The translations under genes were made by a program, and so were the position numbers. The notes under the pieces were generated by a model. It saw nothing but the letters and a program-made list of their open reading frames with translations, did not search any database and was not told where the DNA came from. From Octopus sinensis (lineage: Eukaryota), in assembly GCF_006345805.1 (NCBI RefSeq), contig NC_043002.1:69006001-69070000 (forward strand): a stretch of 64,000 bases of DNA, read 5' to 3'. Numbering within the stretch: position 1 is the first letter of the stretch; every line of letters begins with the position of its first letter. This document shows positions 38,001-49,950 of the stretch, in pieces.

Positions 38001-39069
38001 GTTTAACTTCCCAGTTGCTAGGATTCAGTGGAAATGGTTATGTTTAGTTGCCTTTAGTCAGTGTTTAATTGTACACTTAATAGCATACCTACAGGCCTAG
38101 AATTAAAAATGAATCATTTTTGACGTCAATAATTACTGTCTTTCAAATAGCAGTTCATGTATTCGTGTACTGTGATAGTCATTATTTTTATTATTTCTAA
38201 GGATGTGCACTACAGCCTCCATCGGTGCTTATGTCTAGATATGTGATATGCTCATCTGAAAGCCTTGTGTATCGATTTCAAATAGTTAATGTTCTTTTCT
38301 GGTATATAGGTTTTATATAGAACTAACGTATAAATGGTTTGTAAGACAAAGATTTTGCATTTAGCTCTTGTTTTACGGAGGGGCTTCATAAACATGTTTT
38401 AAAACTTGGGTAGTAAGGAGTAACGTCAATTTTATTACTCAGAGAAATAAAGTGTTAAACATTACAAAACCCCATTTAAGTTATAAACCAAACTTTCAAC
38501 TAAAAAAAGGGAGCACAGACATATTTGTAATGGGATGAGGAGAAAGATTAAATGTGAAAATGATGAATGCAGAACATTGATGTACACCATCTATTTTACA
38601 AACTCTCTTTTAAATTCACCTGCAATGCCAATTTTGCTTTATGATACCCATTCGTAGTTCACTCCACTCTTATGGATCCATTCATCTACTCATAATTTTA
38701 TCAGCGAATAAGGGTTAGTGACAAAGGCATTTTACAGATTAACAAATAACCACGTACAGCTGTTCTTGGTAAACAATTTCATTTATATAGTAATTATCTG
38801 ATGCGTTTAATAATCCTTTTAAGTTATCTGAATAAGACGTTTCGACCCCTTACATTACGAAATGAAAGTAATGTTTTAATCAAACGGTTCGCCACAAACT
38901 TCTCAAGTATATTCTAAAAGTTTTAGCACATGCTTTTCAATTCATTCGTGGTATGCTAGGAAAATGCACGTGGAGCAAATCAATCAGCAATAGTTATTTT
39001 ACATGTGGAAAAGAACCTTTAAACATTTTACGGCGTAATTTCATGAAGTATCAAAACGGAATGACTTAC

Positions 39070-39153
39070 GTCTATAGGAGCATTCTTGATAAAAGCTCCC
39101 GAATCAACAATAACAAACTTGACTTTCCTTCGATTTAATTGATCAGACGCCAT
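39070..39153 (-). CDS. NOB1: NOB1 exon 1 (start codon; PIN catalytic Asp)
   Basis: ATG at 39153: MASDQLNRRKVKFVIVDSGAFIKNAPID (NOB1 V.D.GAF motif), donor GTAAGT. The eight exons sum to 1257 nt = 418 aa + stop with consistent phases. Confidence 0.95.
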
Positions 39154-39193
39154 TTTCGAGATCTCGTGTAAAGTTTAGAGACGAGAGCTCCAA

Positions 39194-39208
39194 CCGGAAA
39201 TGACGTCA
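39194..39208. promoter_or_regulatory. Overlapping ETS-CRE composite site in the NOB1 proximal promoter
   Basis: CCGGAAATGACGTCA about 40-55 bp upstream of the NOB1 ATG; a further TGACGTAA at ~39401. Confidence 0.55.
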
Positions 39209-42200
39209 ACAACCCTCCTCCTTCAACTTTCTCACCTTAACTTGTGTTAAAACGTTTCAATTAAACATTCTTCTTGTTAAGTTAAAAAATCGAATGTTGA
39301 CATTATAAAAGCGACAAAATATTTATAAAAGTTGTTAATATATTACTGGTAAAATATTTATTCACTGTATGAAAAAACAAACTATTTCCTTTGAAAGTAA
39401 TGACGTAATTAATCACATGACCGTCAGTGATGAAGAAGTAGAACTTAACAGCAATTCCATCACTGATGCACTGAGAGTGTAAATGTCAGATTTAATTCTT
39501 CCACAGAACGTCTAGTGAAGCTCTATTTCTAAACTGCAGTTATTGACGTGCTAGAATCTTGGGAAATATAGACGGCAGCTATTTACAGAAGCTACAAAAC
39601 ATAAATCTTCCACCAGCAAGTTGCTTGTACACTCATTTACATACTCCTTGAATTTCTTTTTAGACAAACGGCACTTAAAAAAAGCGTATGAAAGAGAAAT
39701 AAAAACAAATAAACAGTGGCACCTGTATGAATCTAGAAACAGCTGGAGAGATCAGTGTGGACACCTTTACCCTATTACCGTTCTTAATGCGACAGGTCTT
39801 CCTTTATACACTCTGAACCTTATAACATCGATACCTCAGGTTTGAACTTTTTATTATTTTTTTCATTATATTGTCAATGTCCTATAGAGTGGGCGACTCG
39901 ATTAACGGCAGCTGCCTGTGGTCATGAGGGAACATTTCTTAACATTGCTTTAACCTCTATCACTTCGATTCGTTTTGAAGTATTTAATGATTAATCTATG
40001 GTTAATGCAATAACCGTACTTGTCATTACAGCACTGTACTTCGTCATTTCTCTCTCATCACAAATCATGCTTTCTTATCTGTGAAAGTATTTGGTTGTTG
40101 TTTTTTTGGCTGAAGTGGGTGGAATGATTTAAGGGGAAAAAATTACGTTTTTTCTGATTTGATTTTGTTCAATTGGAATTTGGCTCAGCCAAAATACTGA
40201 TTTTCAGTTTACGTGTAGCGCGGAAGTGGCGATATATATATATATATGTTTGTGTTTACAGCCAAATCGAGAAGGACTTCGTGTTGATAATGACTTTCTT
40301 TTTAACTTTTAAGTGTAGATTGACGATAATAATCGAAAATTACGCAATCTGTTTGTGAAAGTTATCACATATTTCGTGTTTTATTATTATTTTTTTTACT
40401 TTTGCAGTTCGATTCAGCTACAAATATTTTAAACATTTCAACTTTCAACTGTTTTTGACATTTCCCTCTATATATGTAGTGTGTATTCGTGAATCTTTCA
40501 ATATACATGTACATATCTATATACAGCTTAACTTATTTTTAGTTCAATCATCTGAAATCAGCAATCATAACAAGGACCTACGGTCTTTCTGATCTCGGAT
40601 TATAGCGATTAGATTAACAATTAGCAACTACTTATAAATTATAATCAAAAAAATGTTCAACCTGGTATTTTAAAACGATCATTTAAGTGTTCTAATACCA
40701 TGTATTAATGAATTTAAAGATTGTTTTTGATAATTACATTATATGTAGAATTTTACAAGATTACCTTTCTTAAAAAGGTCGAAAAAAAATCTCTACCAAA
40801 AATCAGCAAATATATAGATTATATATGTTAGTAAATGAACGTCTGTAGTTGATGCCTGTTTGAGATAGTTAAATTTTTGACATCAAGATTTGATGTGGGT
40901 TTTTTTATTGAAGATGTTTACCGACAATAACTCAACAGAGCATACACACACACACACACACTATATATATATATATATACTAAGCAATAAGGGTTTAGCA
41001 ACGAGTTGCCTTACCACATACCGAATTTAGAAATAGCAGTCAAAGGGTTATAGCTATTTCTTCTACTAAAAAGGGAGATCTCAGTAAAAACAGCATTTGG
41101 AAGGCAGACACAAACAGGTATAAAAATATATATATATATATATATTGTAAAAAAAAACATAAATCCTGTGCATCTTAGAGAATATATATATATATGCACA
41201 CACACACATATACATATATGGATAAAGACATTTGCAATGATTGTTATTTTTTCACTTGTTATTTTGATTAGCATATGAAATAAAAATGATTTTTTATTCC
41301 ACTGACCATTTTATGAAATTTTCACCTTGACTCATGCTCTTTCTTAAACACCCACGCTCATATATAGCATATACTGAGCCAACATCTGGTTTACACACAC
41401 ATATGTATGTAATACATACACACACAATAATGTTTGTTACACGCGTGTTGTGTCTACGTAAGATTTATAGATATTTAAAAAAGAATGATATTGTGTATTC
41501 GGATAAAACGTTAGTTCAGTGTCAACGTTAATCTGTCTCAGCTGTTGTTACTCCTGCAAATACAAAATTTCAGTTTGTGCATTGATAATGAGGTTAACTT
41601 GTGAACAGTAAATTAAAAAAAAAAAATTCCTTTTTTTTTTTTTTAAATTATATGCTAAGGTAATATTACTAATTTACAAACTCCAGAATATCCATGTTGT
41701 TTTAGCAACCCCAGAAAGATATAGGCAAAATGGAATGATTTGAACTCGGAACAACACAGCGCCGACTTTGGATAGCAGAGCTAATTTCTTAGTTATATTG
41801 TTTCGTACATGTGGAGTTGTGACTTTCATGCCAAGAGTATTAGTAAAATAAAACAAAAATCGGTGGAAGATTTACTATAAGGATTTCTAAAATGTATATA
41901 ATTTTTTTTACAAGTCGTAAAATTTCCTAACGTAAGCGCACAGTCACGGGTTTATTTGGTTGAGAAATGTGAAATTCATGCCTTTCCCAACCAAATGGTT
42001 CCAGTCAGGTATCAAAAATGGACTTGTCTCACCTGGTGCTTACCACTATTCGACGGCGTGATGATTGTAGTCGCAATAATGATTTTTTAGGCACTTGGCC
42101 AGAGAGTTTCAGGAATAATAATATTATTAATAATAATAATCCTTCTATAGGCACAAGACCTGAAATTTATGGGTAGTAGGCTAGCCGATTACATCGACTC

Positions 42201-44219
42201 TAATGCTAAGCTGGTACTTTTAACCCCTTTTTATCGACCCCAAAAGGAATTTGAACTCAGAAGGAATGCCGAGAAGCATTTTGTCTGGTGTTGTAATATT
42301 TTATAATGAAGTCGAATTTTAGATGTAATGTAATCTTAAGGATTTACGTGGTGTTTGGCACATGCTGACACATTTCGTTTCCAACCCTGACATAAAGATT
42401 AAATGGTCACACTCACACGTACGATGTTGTTTTTATAACATCATGTCACGTTCGTCTGTTTGTTTAAATGTTTTGGGTTTTGTTGCTTTGATGTTAATGT
42501 AAGTTTATTCGCTGGTGGCCGCTTTAGTTAATAATGATGATGATTGTTATTTTGACCTCTCTTGTCAGGCGCGTAATTCCTTTTCTCTAAAAACATGACG
42601 TTTTTATTTGATTTAATTTCCTTATTAAAACTAGCATCAAAGATGGTATATTTATGTTTCAATAGACAAAATTATATAGTAGAAAATAGTGTGTATTCCA
42701 TATTCGAAGAGATAACCAAAGGAGGAGGAATGGATTATAACAGCTATCGTATATGCGAAATATTTTTCGAGAGTAGACTCCGGGAGTCCATCCTCGACAT
42801 TAAAAGAAGTATTAACGGTATTTTAATTTCAGTAATGCAAACGATGTCCAATTCGAATTTGAACATTTAAATTCTTTTGCCGATGTAATTTCTAACTCCC
42901 GCATTTTATTTACGAGACAGTCTACCTAAGCCTAGCTTACGTAACTTTTATCGATTGAATCGTTCCTATATATCGTTGATACTCTCTTTTTCTGGACCCT
43001 CGATGGGAGGAAAGACAATGCTGATTTTGGCAAGATATATAAAATCAACAGAACAAGCTCCACGTCGAACTAGTTTCTGCTCAGTCAACAATAAGGGTTT
43101 TACATACTCGATTATCTCCTTAAAACTGTTCGACAAAAGATTTCGTCAGACATTTACGATCTGGTCATTGCATTCCCACAGTTAAAAATATCATTGGACA
43201 CCCTTCCCCAAACACTATTCTCAAAACTTATTTCGTACAATACGATCACCGCTAGCTGTTAAAATCCCTTCCCTCTCCCTTTAGTTCTCATTCTTCCTCA
43301 ACCTACATGAGTTTTAATGTCATTGTGTGTAACACTATCCTGTTGTGGAATACTGGGCAATGCTGCTACCCTACCATATAATTTTGTGTCTGGTCAAAAT
43401 AAATCATTCTTGTTGCTAGTTTTAATGACGAAAGGGAAGTGGAAATACGCACGACAAAAAAAAAAAAAAGCAGAAAGAAACAAAATAACTATCATTATCA
43501 TCACTTTTGTCATCTTCATTAACTAATCGACCAAATGGAAATAAACTTATTCTTCGTTAGCAAACATTCCTATTAATTTATACGTATAAGAATCTAATAT
43601 GGTACCTCTACATGGACGTCATTCGACCTACTAGAAATAACAACCAAGTCTTCCTCAAATCACACCCCAATGTCATAAAAAAGAAAGGAAACACTGGAGT
43701 GTGTAATCCTCGATGTACTAAATGTTGAATGGTCATGACTGGAGCACTTTTGACTATAGGTCAACTCGATCTCGATCAGAACTGTCTTAGGATTTAATGT
43801 GTGTGTTTGTGAAACGTATTTTTAAAATATGTATTATATTTTACCTCATACTTAGTGAAGGAAAGGAAGATGGTATCTCTAGTCATTTACAGAGCCTTTG
43901 ATACGTGTTGTAGGAAATTAACTTCAGACTGCAGACCTGTTTTGAATGGTGTAGAATCTGCTAAAAGCGTCCATTGGGCCAAGTGATGTTAAGATGATTA
44001 AAGAACTAAAAAGAAAAGATTAAGTCAAACTGGCAGCATCCACAGTTTACATCTATTAAAATTCAATCAGAAAACTTTCGAAGATACTTGCCCAAGATGA
44101 CATACAGTGGGGTTGAACCTGAAACTATTTAGCTGAAAAGTGAGTTTCTTAACTACATTGTCATGCCAGTGTTTGTTATAGTATTATACTTTGTTTAGTA
44201 TTATTATGTAAAACAAATC

Positions 44220-45680
44220 ACCCAGTTTGGGTGATCTGCCCTCTGAGTTTTATGGTTATATGCCTGATCTGTTTGGCAACTATCACAACTGGTAGCAAAG
44301 CTAGGAAAGTCCTCGTCAACAAAGGGGATATTATAGACAATTTCCAACCCATTGCTCTGTTAAATACTTCTACAATAACCTCCACTTCATGCAATATATC
44401 ATAGAAAGAACAGGTAACAGATCTGGTGTTGGTGGGTCCCTGATGAATTTCGATCAGTCAAAAACCTTCAATAGGTTTGACTATTGCTACTTGGCAGCAG
44501 TCGTAGAAGCATCCACTTTTGGATCTGTTTTCAGTGGTTGGATTACGGTAATGCACAGTGGGGCTTGTTCAATGGTTAAGCTAAATGGCCATCTCATGGA
44601 ACTGTTTCATATTGTATGCTCAATCTGTCAGAAGTGTCTTCTTTAATCTCTTAAAACATACTGGCTTTTGAGTCATTGCTGCAGAAGCTACAACTCTTGA
44701 GGAGCATCCCTTTTGAGTTGGGATATAGAAGAATTGTGTTGGATAACATCACTATAATGGTGTCAGTCACCATGGAAGTTCAGGTACTCAGTTCCATTTT
44801 AAGCGAATACAAGTTGATGGCAGGAGCAAAGGTAGATCTGAATAAGTTTGTGGGTGCTTGCAGCTTGGCAAGTATATGCCATTAAATACCATAGTAGGTC
44901 ACTGGTCAGGTGGACTGGTTAAATTGCTTGAAGTCGAGCTTGGTCTGAACCTCCAGATAGACAGGAACTGGAATGAGATTAGAAGTGGGGTGGCTGACCT
45001 CACTCGGAAATGGGTTGAGAGGAAACCATCCCTGAAAGGTTAAGCAGAAATGGTGAATGTCTACATTGCCTCTATTATAACTTACCACCTGACTATTGTA
45101 TCTTGTCCCAGTCCATGTCTGGCCAGACTAGAGTGTCTACTTTTCACTTCCTGTAAAAGGACACATTCCACTTGTCAGGCAGTTTATCTGTTGCCAGTGC
45201 CCTTTGGAAGGTGGGCCTAGGCATGTTGTGACTGTTGATGTGCAGACATGAGTTGAGGCTACCTACAGATTTTCCTGGACAGTGAGCCAGTGTGATCTTT
45301 GTAAGATATGTCTTTTTGCAGCTCATCTCTTTGATGGAGCTGCAGTCCTAGGGTAAAAAAAGATCAAGATTGGGTACCTGGTACCTGGATTGTTGTTAGG
45401 CATTCATCAGCTAACAGGCAGGACAGGAAGTGAGTTTTCCTCTGTCTAGTGGCTATAGTGAAAGAGGTTGCATGGTAAATGAGGCTAAAAAGATTGAGGA
45501 AAGACACCATCCTCTTCAGTTGAGCTCTCCTGGACTTTTTTAAGTCTACTTGGAAAATAAAATGAGGGTGGAGAGGGAAGATCTCTCTCCTGGTGAATTT
45601 GTAAGAAGGTGGGTGACTGGCAGAAATGGTTAAGGTGAACGGATCTACTTGAAGCGTGTGCCTGTAGATCAGAGAGCAAC
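44220..45680 (+). mobile_element. Heavily decayed L1/Tx1-type LINE RT region
   Basis: Fragments NFQPIALLN and LMNFDQSKTFNRFDYCYLAAVVEASTFGSVFSGWITVMHSGACSMVKLNGHL (cf. LDQEKAFDRV.H.YL...GFG..F..WI..LY....S.V..NG), plus VKLLEVELG and W..RKPSLKG. Many stops. Confidence 0.75.
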
Positions 45681-46538
45681 AGTTGGTTTATGGTCAGGTG
45701 GTCACGGTTATCCTTGATCTGTGGGTTTCCTTGATTAGCTTAGATAGAGGTTCTGTATCAGGAGGACTGCATCATTCATGTATTCACATATTTTAAAAAT
45801 TGTCTTTTATCTCATTTTACTCTCCTTTTGCTTTGTTTCTCTTCATCTTTTATTTAAACCCCCCCCCCCCAATTATAAACTGTTCTTTCAATGTGGCAAA
45901 TAAAAGAAGTCATCATCATCATTATTATTTTAATTGTTAGCATGCTAGGCAAAATGCTTAGTGGTATTTTGTCTGTCTCCATGTTCTGAGTTCAAATTCT
46001 GCCGAGGTTGACTTTGCCTTTCATCCTTCTGGGGTATATAAATTAAGTGCCAGTCAAGTACTGGAGTCGATGTGATTGATTGTCCCTTTCCCCACAAAAA
46101 TCCACACCTTGTGCCTATAGTAGAAAGGATTATTACTAAGCTAGCACTATTGAAAGAATAAATTTTTACATTTTGAATAGGATTGGTAGACTATAAACAG
46201 AAAGAAAGCATCTCTCCACCACATCAGATTTCACAGGGATGTTCTTGTCAAGACACAGCAGTATTGTTTAAAAAATACTTATAGCAAATAATAATGGATG
46301 GATATTGAGAACCTTTTATAACACCAAGCTATCTGAGACTGCCCTGGTTCTATGTCATAAACTTCTTGTTTTCAAGTGATCTAAGTTAAAGTCTCTCATG
46401 AAAATTTCATGTTAATTTATGTTCCAAACACCAGTTTAATAATGATAAAGTTATTTTACAAAATTCTTCATTATTTTCAAAATTTACTGAAACAAATGCA
46501 GTGTATTTCAGTAGAAACATGGCAACAGAAAGGGCTAA

Positions 46539-46572
<34 letters not shown>

Positions 46573-46634
46573 AATGCATGCACATACTTGCTTTCTCTCT
46601 CTCATTCTCTCTCTTTTGGCAAAACATGAAATTC

Positions 46635-48320
46635 TTCTTTTACTTGTTTCAGTCATTTGACTGCAGCCATGTTGGAGCACAGCTTTTAGTCAAACAATTC
46701 AACCCTAGGACTTATTCTTTTGTAAGTCTAGTACTTATTCTATCAGTCTCTTTTGCTAAGCCACTAAGTTACGGGGGTGTAAACACACCAATATCAGTTG
46801 TCAAGCGTTGGTGGGGTGGGGGAACAAACACAGACACACAAATACACTCACACATAACAAATGTATATATATATATACTCTCTTTTAGTCTTTTACTTGT
46901 TTCAGTCATTTGACTGCGGCCATGCTAGAAGGAGCAAATCGACCCTGGGACTTATTCTTTGTAAGCCCAGTACTTATTCTATCGGTCTCTTTTGCCGAAC
47001 CGCTAAGTGACGGGGACATAAACACACCAGCATCGGTTGTCAAGCAATGCTAGTGGGACAAACACAGACACACAAACATATACACATACACATATATATA
47101 TATACATATATACAACAGGCTTCTTTCAGTTTCCGTCTACCAAATCCACTCACAAGGCATTGGTCGGCCTGGGGCTATAGCAGAAGACACTTGCCCAAGA
47201 TGCCACGCAGTGGGACTGAACCCGGAACCATGTGGTTGGTAAGCAAGCTACTTACCACACAGCCACTCCATATATATAACCCTTGCTTTCCCTACTCTCG
47301 CCTCCCCCAATCCCAACACCACACCACACACCACCATATCACACATCAGATCACACCACCACGCACACATTAGCACTGACCACTTCCCAGCTGCACACCA
47401 TGATCCACATACACACATGCACACGTCAAGATCACCAGCCCTCTTCCACATGCACATACACGGTCTCTTAAACACACGCATGCGCACCTTCATTTTGGGA
47501 TCACCTCTACTTTATTATCTCCCCTTCCTAACTCTCCTGTATGACCTCTCTGTCTGGCATTCACCATGATAGATCGCTAGTCACTACACATTCTTTATTG
47601 TCTCTCCTTGTTTCTTTGTGTGTTCCTTTCTGTAGAAGAGCGTAGCTTCAAAATGTTAAAGACTTTTTCACTTCCTGAGCGTTAAACTAATACATCTGTT
47701 TGTTGTCTACTCCACCTGTCTTCATCTTTTATTTTTTTTGTGAATTCTCCTTATATATATGTAGGCACAGGCATGGCTGTGTATGAGTAGTTTGCTTACC
47801 AACCACATGGTTCTGGGTTCAGTTCCACTGCATGGCACCTTGGGAAGTGTTTTCTATTATAGCTTCAGGCCAACCAGAGCCTTGTGAGTGGATTTGGTAG
47901 ACGGAAACTGAAAGAAGCCCATTGTGTGTGTGTATATATATATATTTATATATGTGTGTGTGTCTGTGTTTGTCTCCCCACCATTGCTTGACAACTGATG
48001 TTGGTGTGTTTACATCCCCGTAACTTAGAAGTTTGGCAAAAGAGACTGATACGATAAGTACTAGGCTTACAAAGAATAAGTCCTGGGGTCGATTTGTTCA
48101 ACTAAAAAGGGAGGTGCTCCAGCATGGCCGCAGTCGAATGACTGAAACAAAAGAATACATGACGGGCTTCTTTCAGTTTCCATCTACCAAATCCACTCAC
48201 TAGGCATTGGTCAGTCCGAGGCTATAGTAGAAGACACTCACCCAATGTACCATGCAGTGGGACTGAACCCAGAACCATGTGGTTGGGAAGCAAGTTTCTA
48301 ACCACACAGTCATGCCTGTG
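46635..48320. mobile_element. Cluster of SINE family A copies in both orientations around a Penelope-like fragment
   Basis: Copies at 46635-46830(-), 46888-47268(-), 47762-48150(+), 48160-48320(-). Confidence 0.8.
47279..47750 (+). mobile_element. Penelope-like terminal fragment with hammerhead-like relic, flanked by (TA)n
   Basis: CA-rich segment, then CTTT-CTGTAGA-A-GAGC-GTAG-CTTC-AAAA-TGTT-AAAG (47626-47661), resembling a mutated CTGANGA/stem II/GAAA core. Confidence 0.4.
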
Positions 48321-48567
48321 TCTATAAATTGGATAGGAATATTTAGTAACATCTGGCAGTTTCTCTGATTGGCTATTTTATCATTTCTTTTATTTAATGG
48401 CTGAAATTAATTGGCTTTCTGCTGACCTCATTAGCAATTTAGAATTTCATGCCCAGAGTCAGCCATAAAATTATTGAATAAAAAAATCTTGTGAAAAGTG
48501 AAGGTGGGAAGCAGGTGAAGCATATTTGATAACTATATATGTGTGTGTGAGTGCATGCACATGTATA

Positions 48568-48750
48568 CTGTATTTGATGGCATAAAAGATGCACCACAAT
48601 CAGATGTATATATTTAGAAAAAGTGTGTTAGGGGTGAGGCTCAACTTTACATATAGGATCTGGGGTGCATGTTTTTTTTTTTTGGTGGTGGGGAGATATT
48701 TTGTTTGATAAAAAAACGAGAAAGTACGTCCTATATGCTATCAAATACAA
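48568..48750. mobile_element. Tc2/pogo-like MITE
   Basis: Imperfect TIR CTGTATTTGATGGCATAAAAGATGCAC / GTACGTCCTATATGCTATCAAATACAA, TA on the left flank. Confidence 0.65.
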
Positions 48751-48832
48751 TGTATATGTGTGTGTACACATATACATTCAATAGTGTGCTTTGATGAAGT
48801 ACATGTTGCTAGATGTTCTGGAATATGTTTAA

Positions 48833-49056
48833 TCTTTTAGCATCCAGATTACTCTGTTAAATTCAATGTTTATATATTCACGTTGATTTGAATTAATCAT
48901 GCACTAGCTTTGAATTAATCATGTAGCTTTGAGATTTCATTGATGTGATTGCTTACTTTTAGAATGACATTATTAGGTGAGTGTAAAAGAGGCCTGATCT
49001 GGCCAGTATGAATATAAATAGGTAGAAAATTTTAGGCCAGTTTAAATGCTAAAGGG
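48833..49056. mobile_element. piggyBac-like MITE
   Basis: TTAA-TCTTTTAGCAT...ATGCTAAAGGG-TTAA. Partial relatives at ~18595-18680 and ~37030-37098. A second AAGGG(T/C)TAA-ended family at ~18298-18518 and ~46310-46538. Confidence 0.65.
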
Positions 49057-49752
49057 TTAAATCAATGTTCCTTTTCTAGTCCCATGATGCATTGTAACTA
49101 TTAATCAAGCAAGGATAGGCTAGATTGTGGTACACAAGTCTCATATTTTAATAACAACAAAAACCAATTACTGATATTTAATATGCAATGTTTCAAGTGG
49201 TTATATAACAAGTTATGCAGATATATACTCTCTTCAGTCATTACAAGTAAAATACATTGATTGTTTTAAATTTACCCCAGTGTAGACTGCATATGCAATA
49301 GATAACCACAGAAAAAAACAACAAAAAATAACCCAACAAAAAACAAAATGGAAAAATCCCAGATAAAAATAAGAGAGAATATATTTGTAGGAGTTTGTGA
49401 GGATGGGGAGGAGTAATTAAAGATATAATGATGGAAAGTGAATAAATACACAGACAATAAGTTTCAACTACAGAAACAAAAGAATGAATAATGAATTATA
49501 CTGCCAAAGACAAGGCACTTAATTCTCACGCAGGGTGAGTAGTATAAACCCCTTGCTAACAACTTAGCTAAACAATTTCTACCTTGTTCTCTGGACTATA
49601 GTATCTTCAAATATAAGATAGTGTAATTTAGGCCATTGCTCTGCAGTTAAGTGTAAGGTCATACAATGAATTTGATATGTTGTAGAATAAAGTTGTTGGT
49701 GTTAAATGTTAATCAATCACAAAAGTACTAGACAAAAGCAGCAACAATAATC

Positions 49753-49950
49753 ATCATCCATCATTTTGAATCCGGTGGATTTTTTTCTCCGTTAACAGGA
49801 TGGCAGGAGCTACCTCAATGCCATAGCAACCACCCTCACACCATCTCACCATCTTGCCCGGGTTTTGGGCATTCTCCCTTCTCAAACCAACCTTCCCAAT
49901 CTCCTCCTCCACCTGTCCCCTCCACATTTTCCTCGGTGGTAGTGGGGCTT
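49753..49950 (-). mobile_element. RTE-type 3' end fragment (second family)
   Basis: PPRKMWRGQVEEEIGKVGLRRENAQN, followed by an (ATG)n-like tail. Confidence 0.55.

Larger units (their letters stand above)
38750..43600. promoter_or_regulatory. CpG-enriched (probably unmethylated) promoter region, possibly bidirectional
   Basis: CG dinucleotides are visibly more frequent here than in the CpG-depleted remainder. Second ETS motif GCGGAAGTG at ~40219-40227. Boundaries approximate, not computed. Confidence 0.5.

Noticed and set aside
39424-39475. TCAGTGATG/CATCACTGA inverted repeat with C- and D-box-like words
   Set aside because: Too short for a C/D snoRNA; the boxes are a by-product of a small inverted repeat in promoter DNA.
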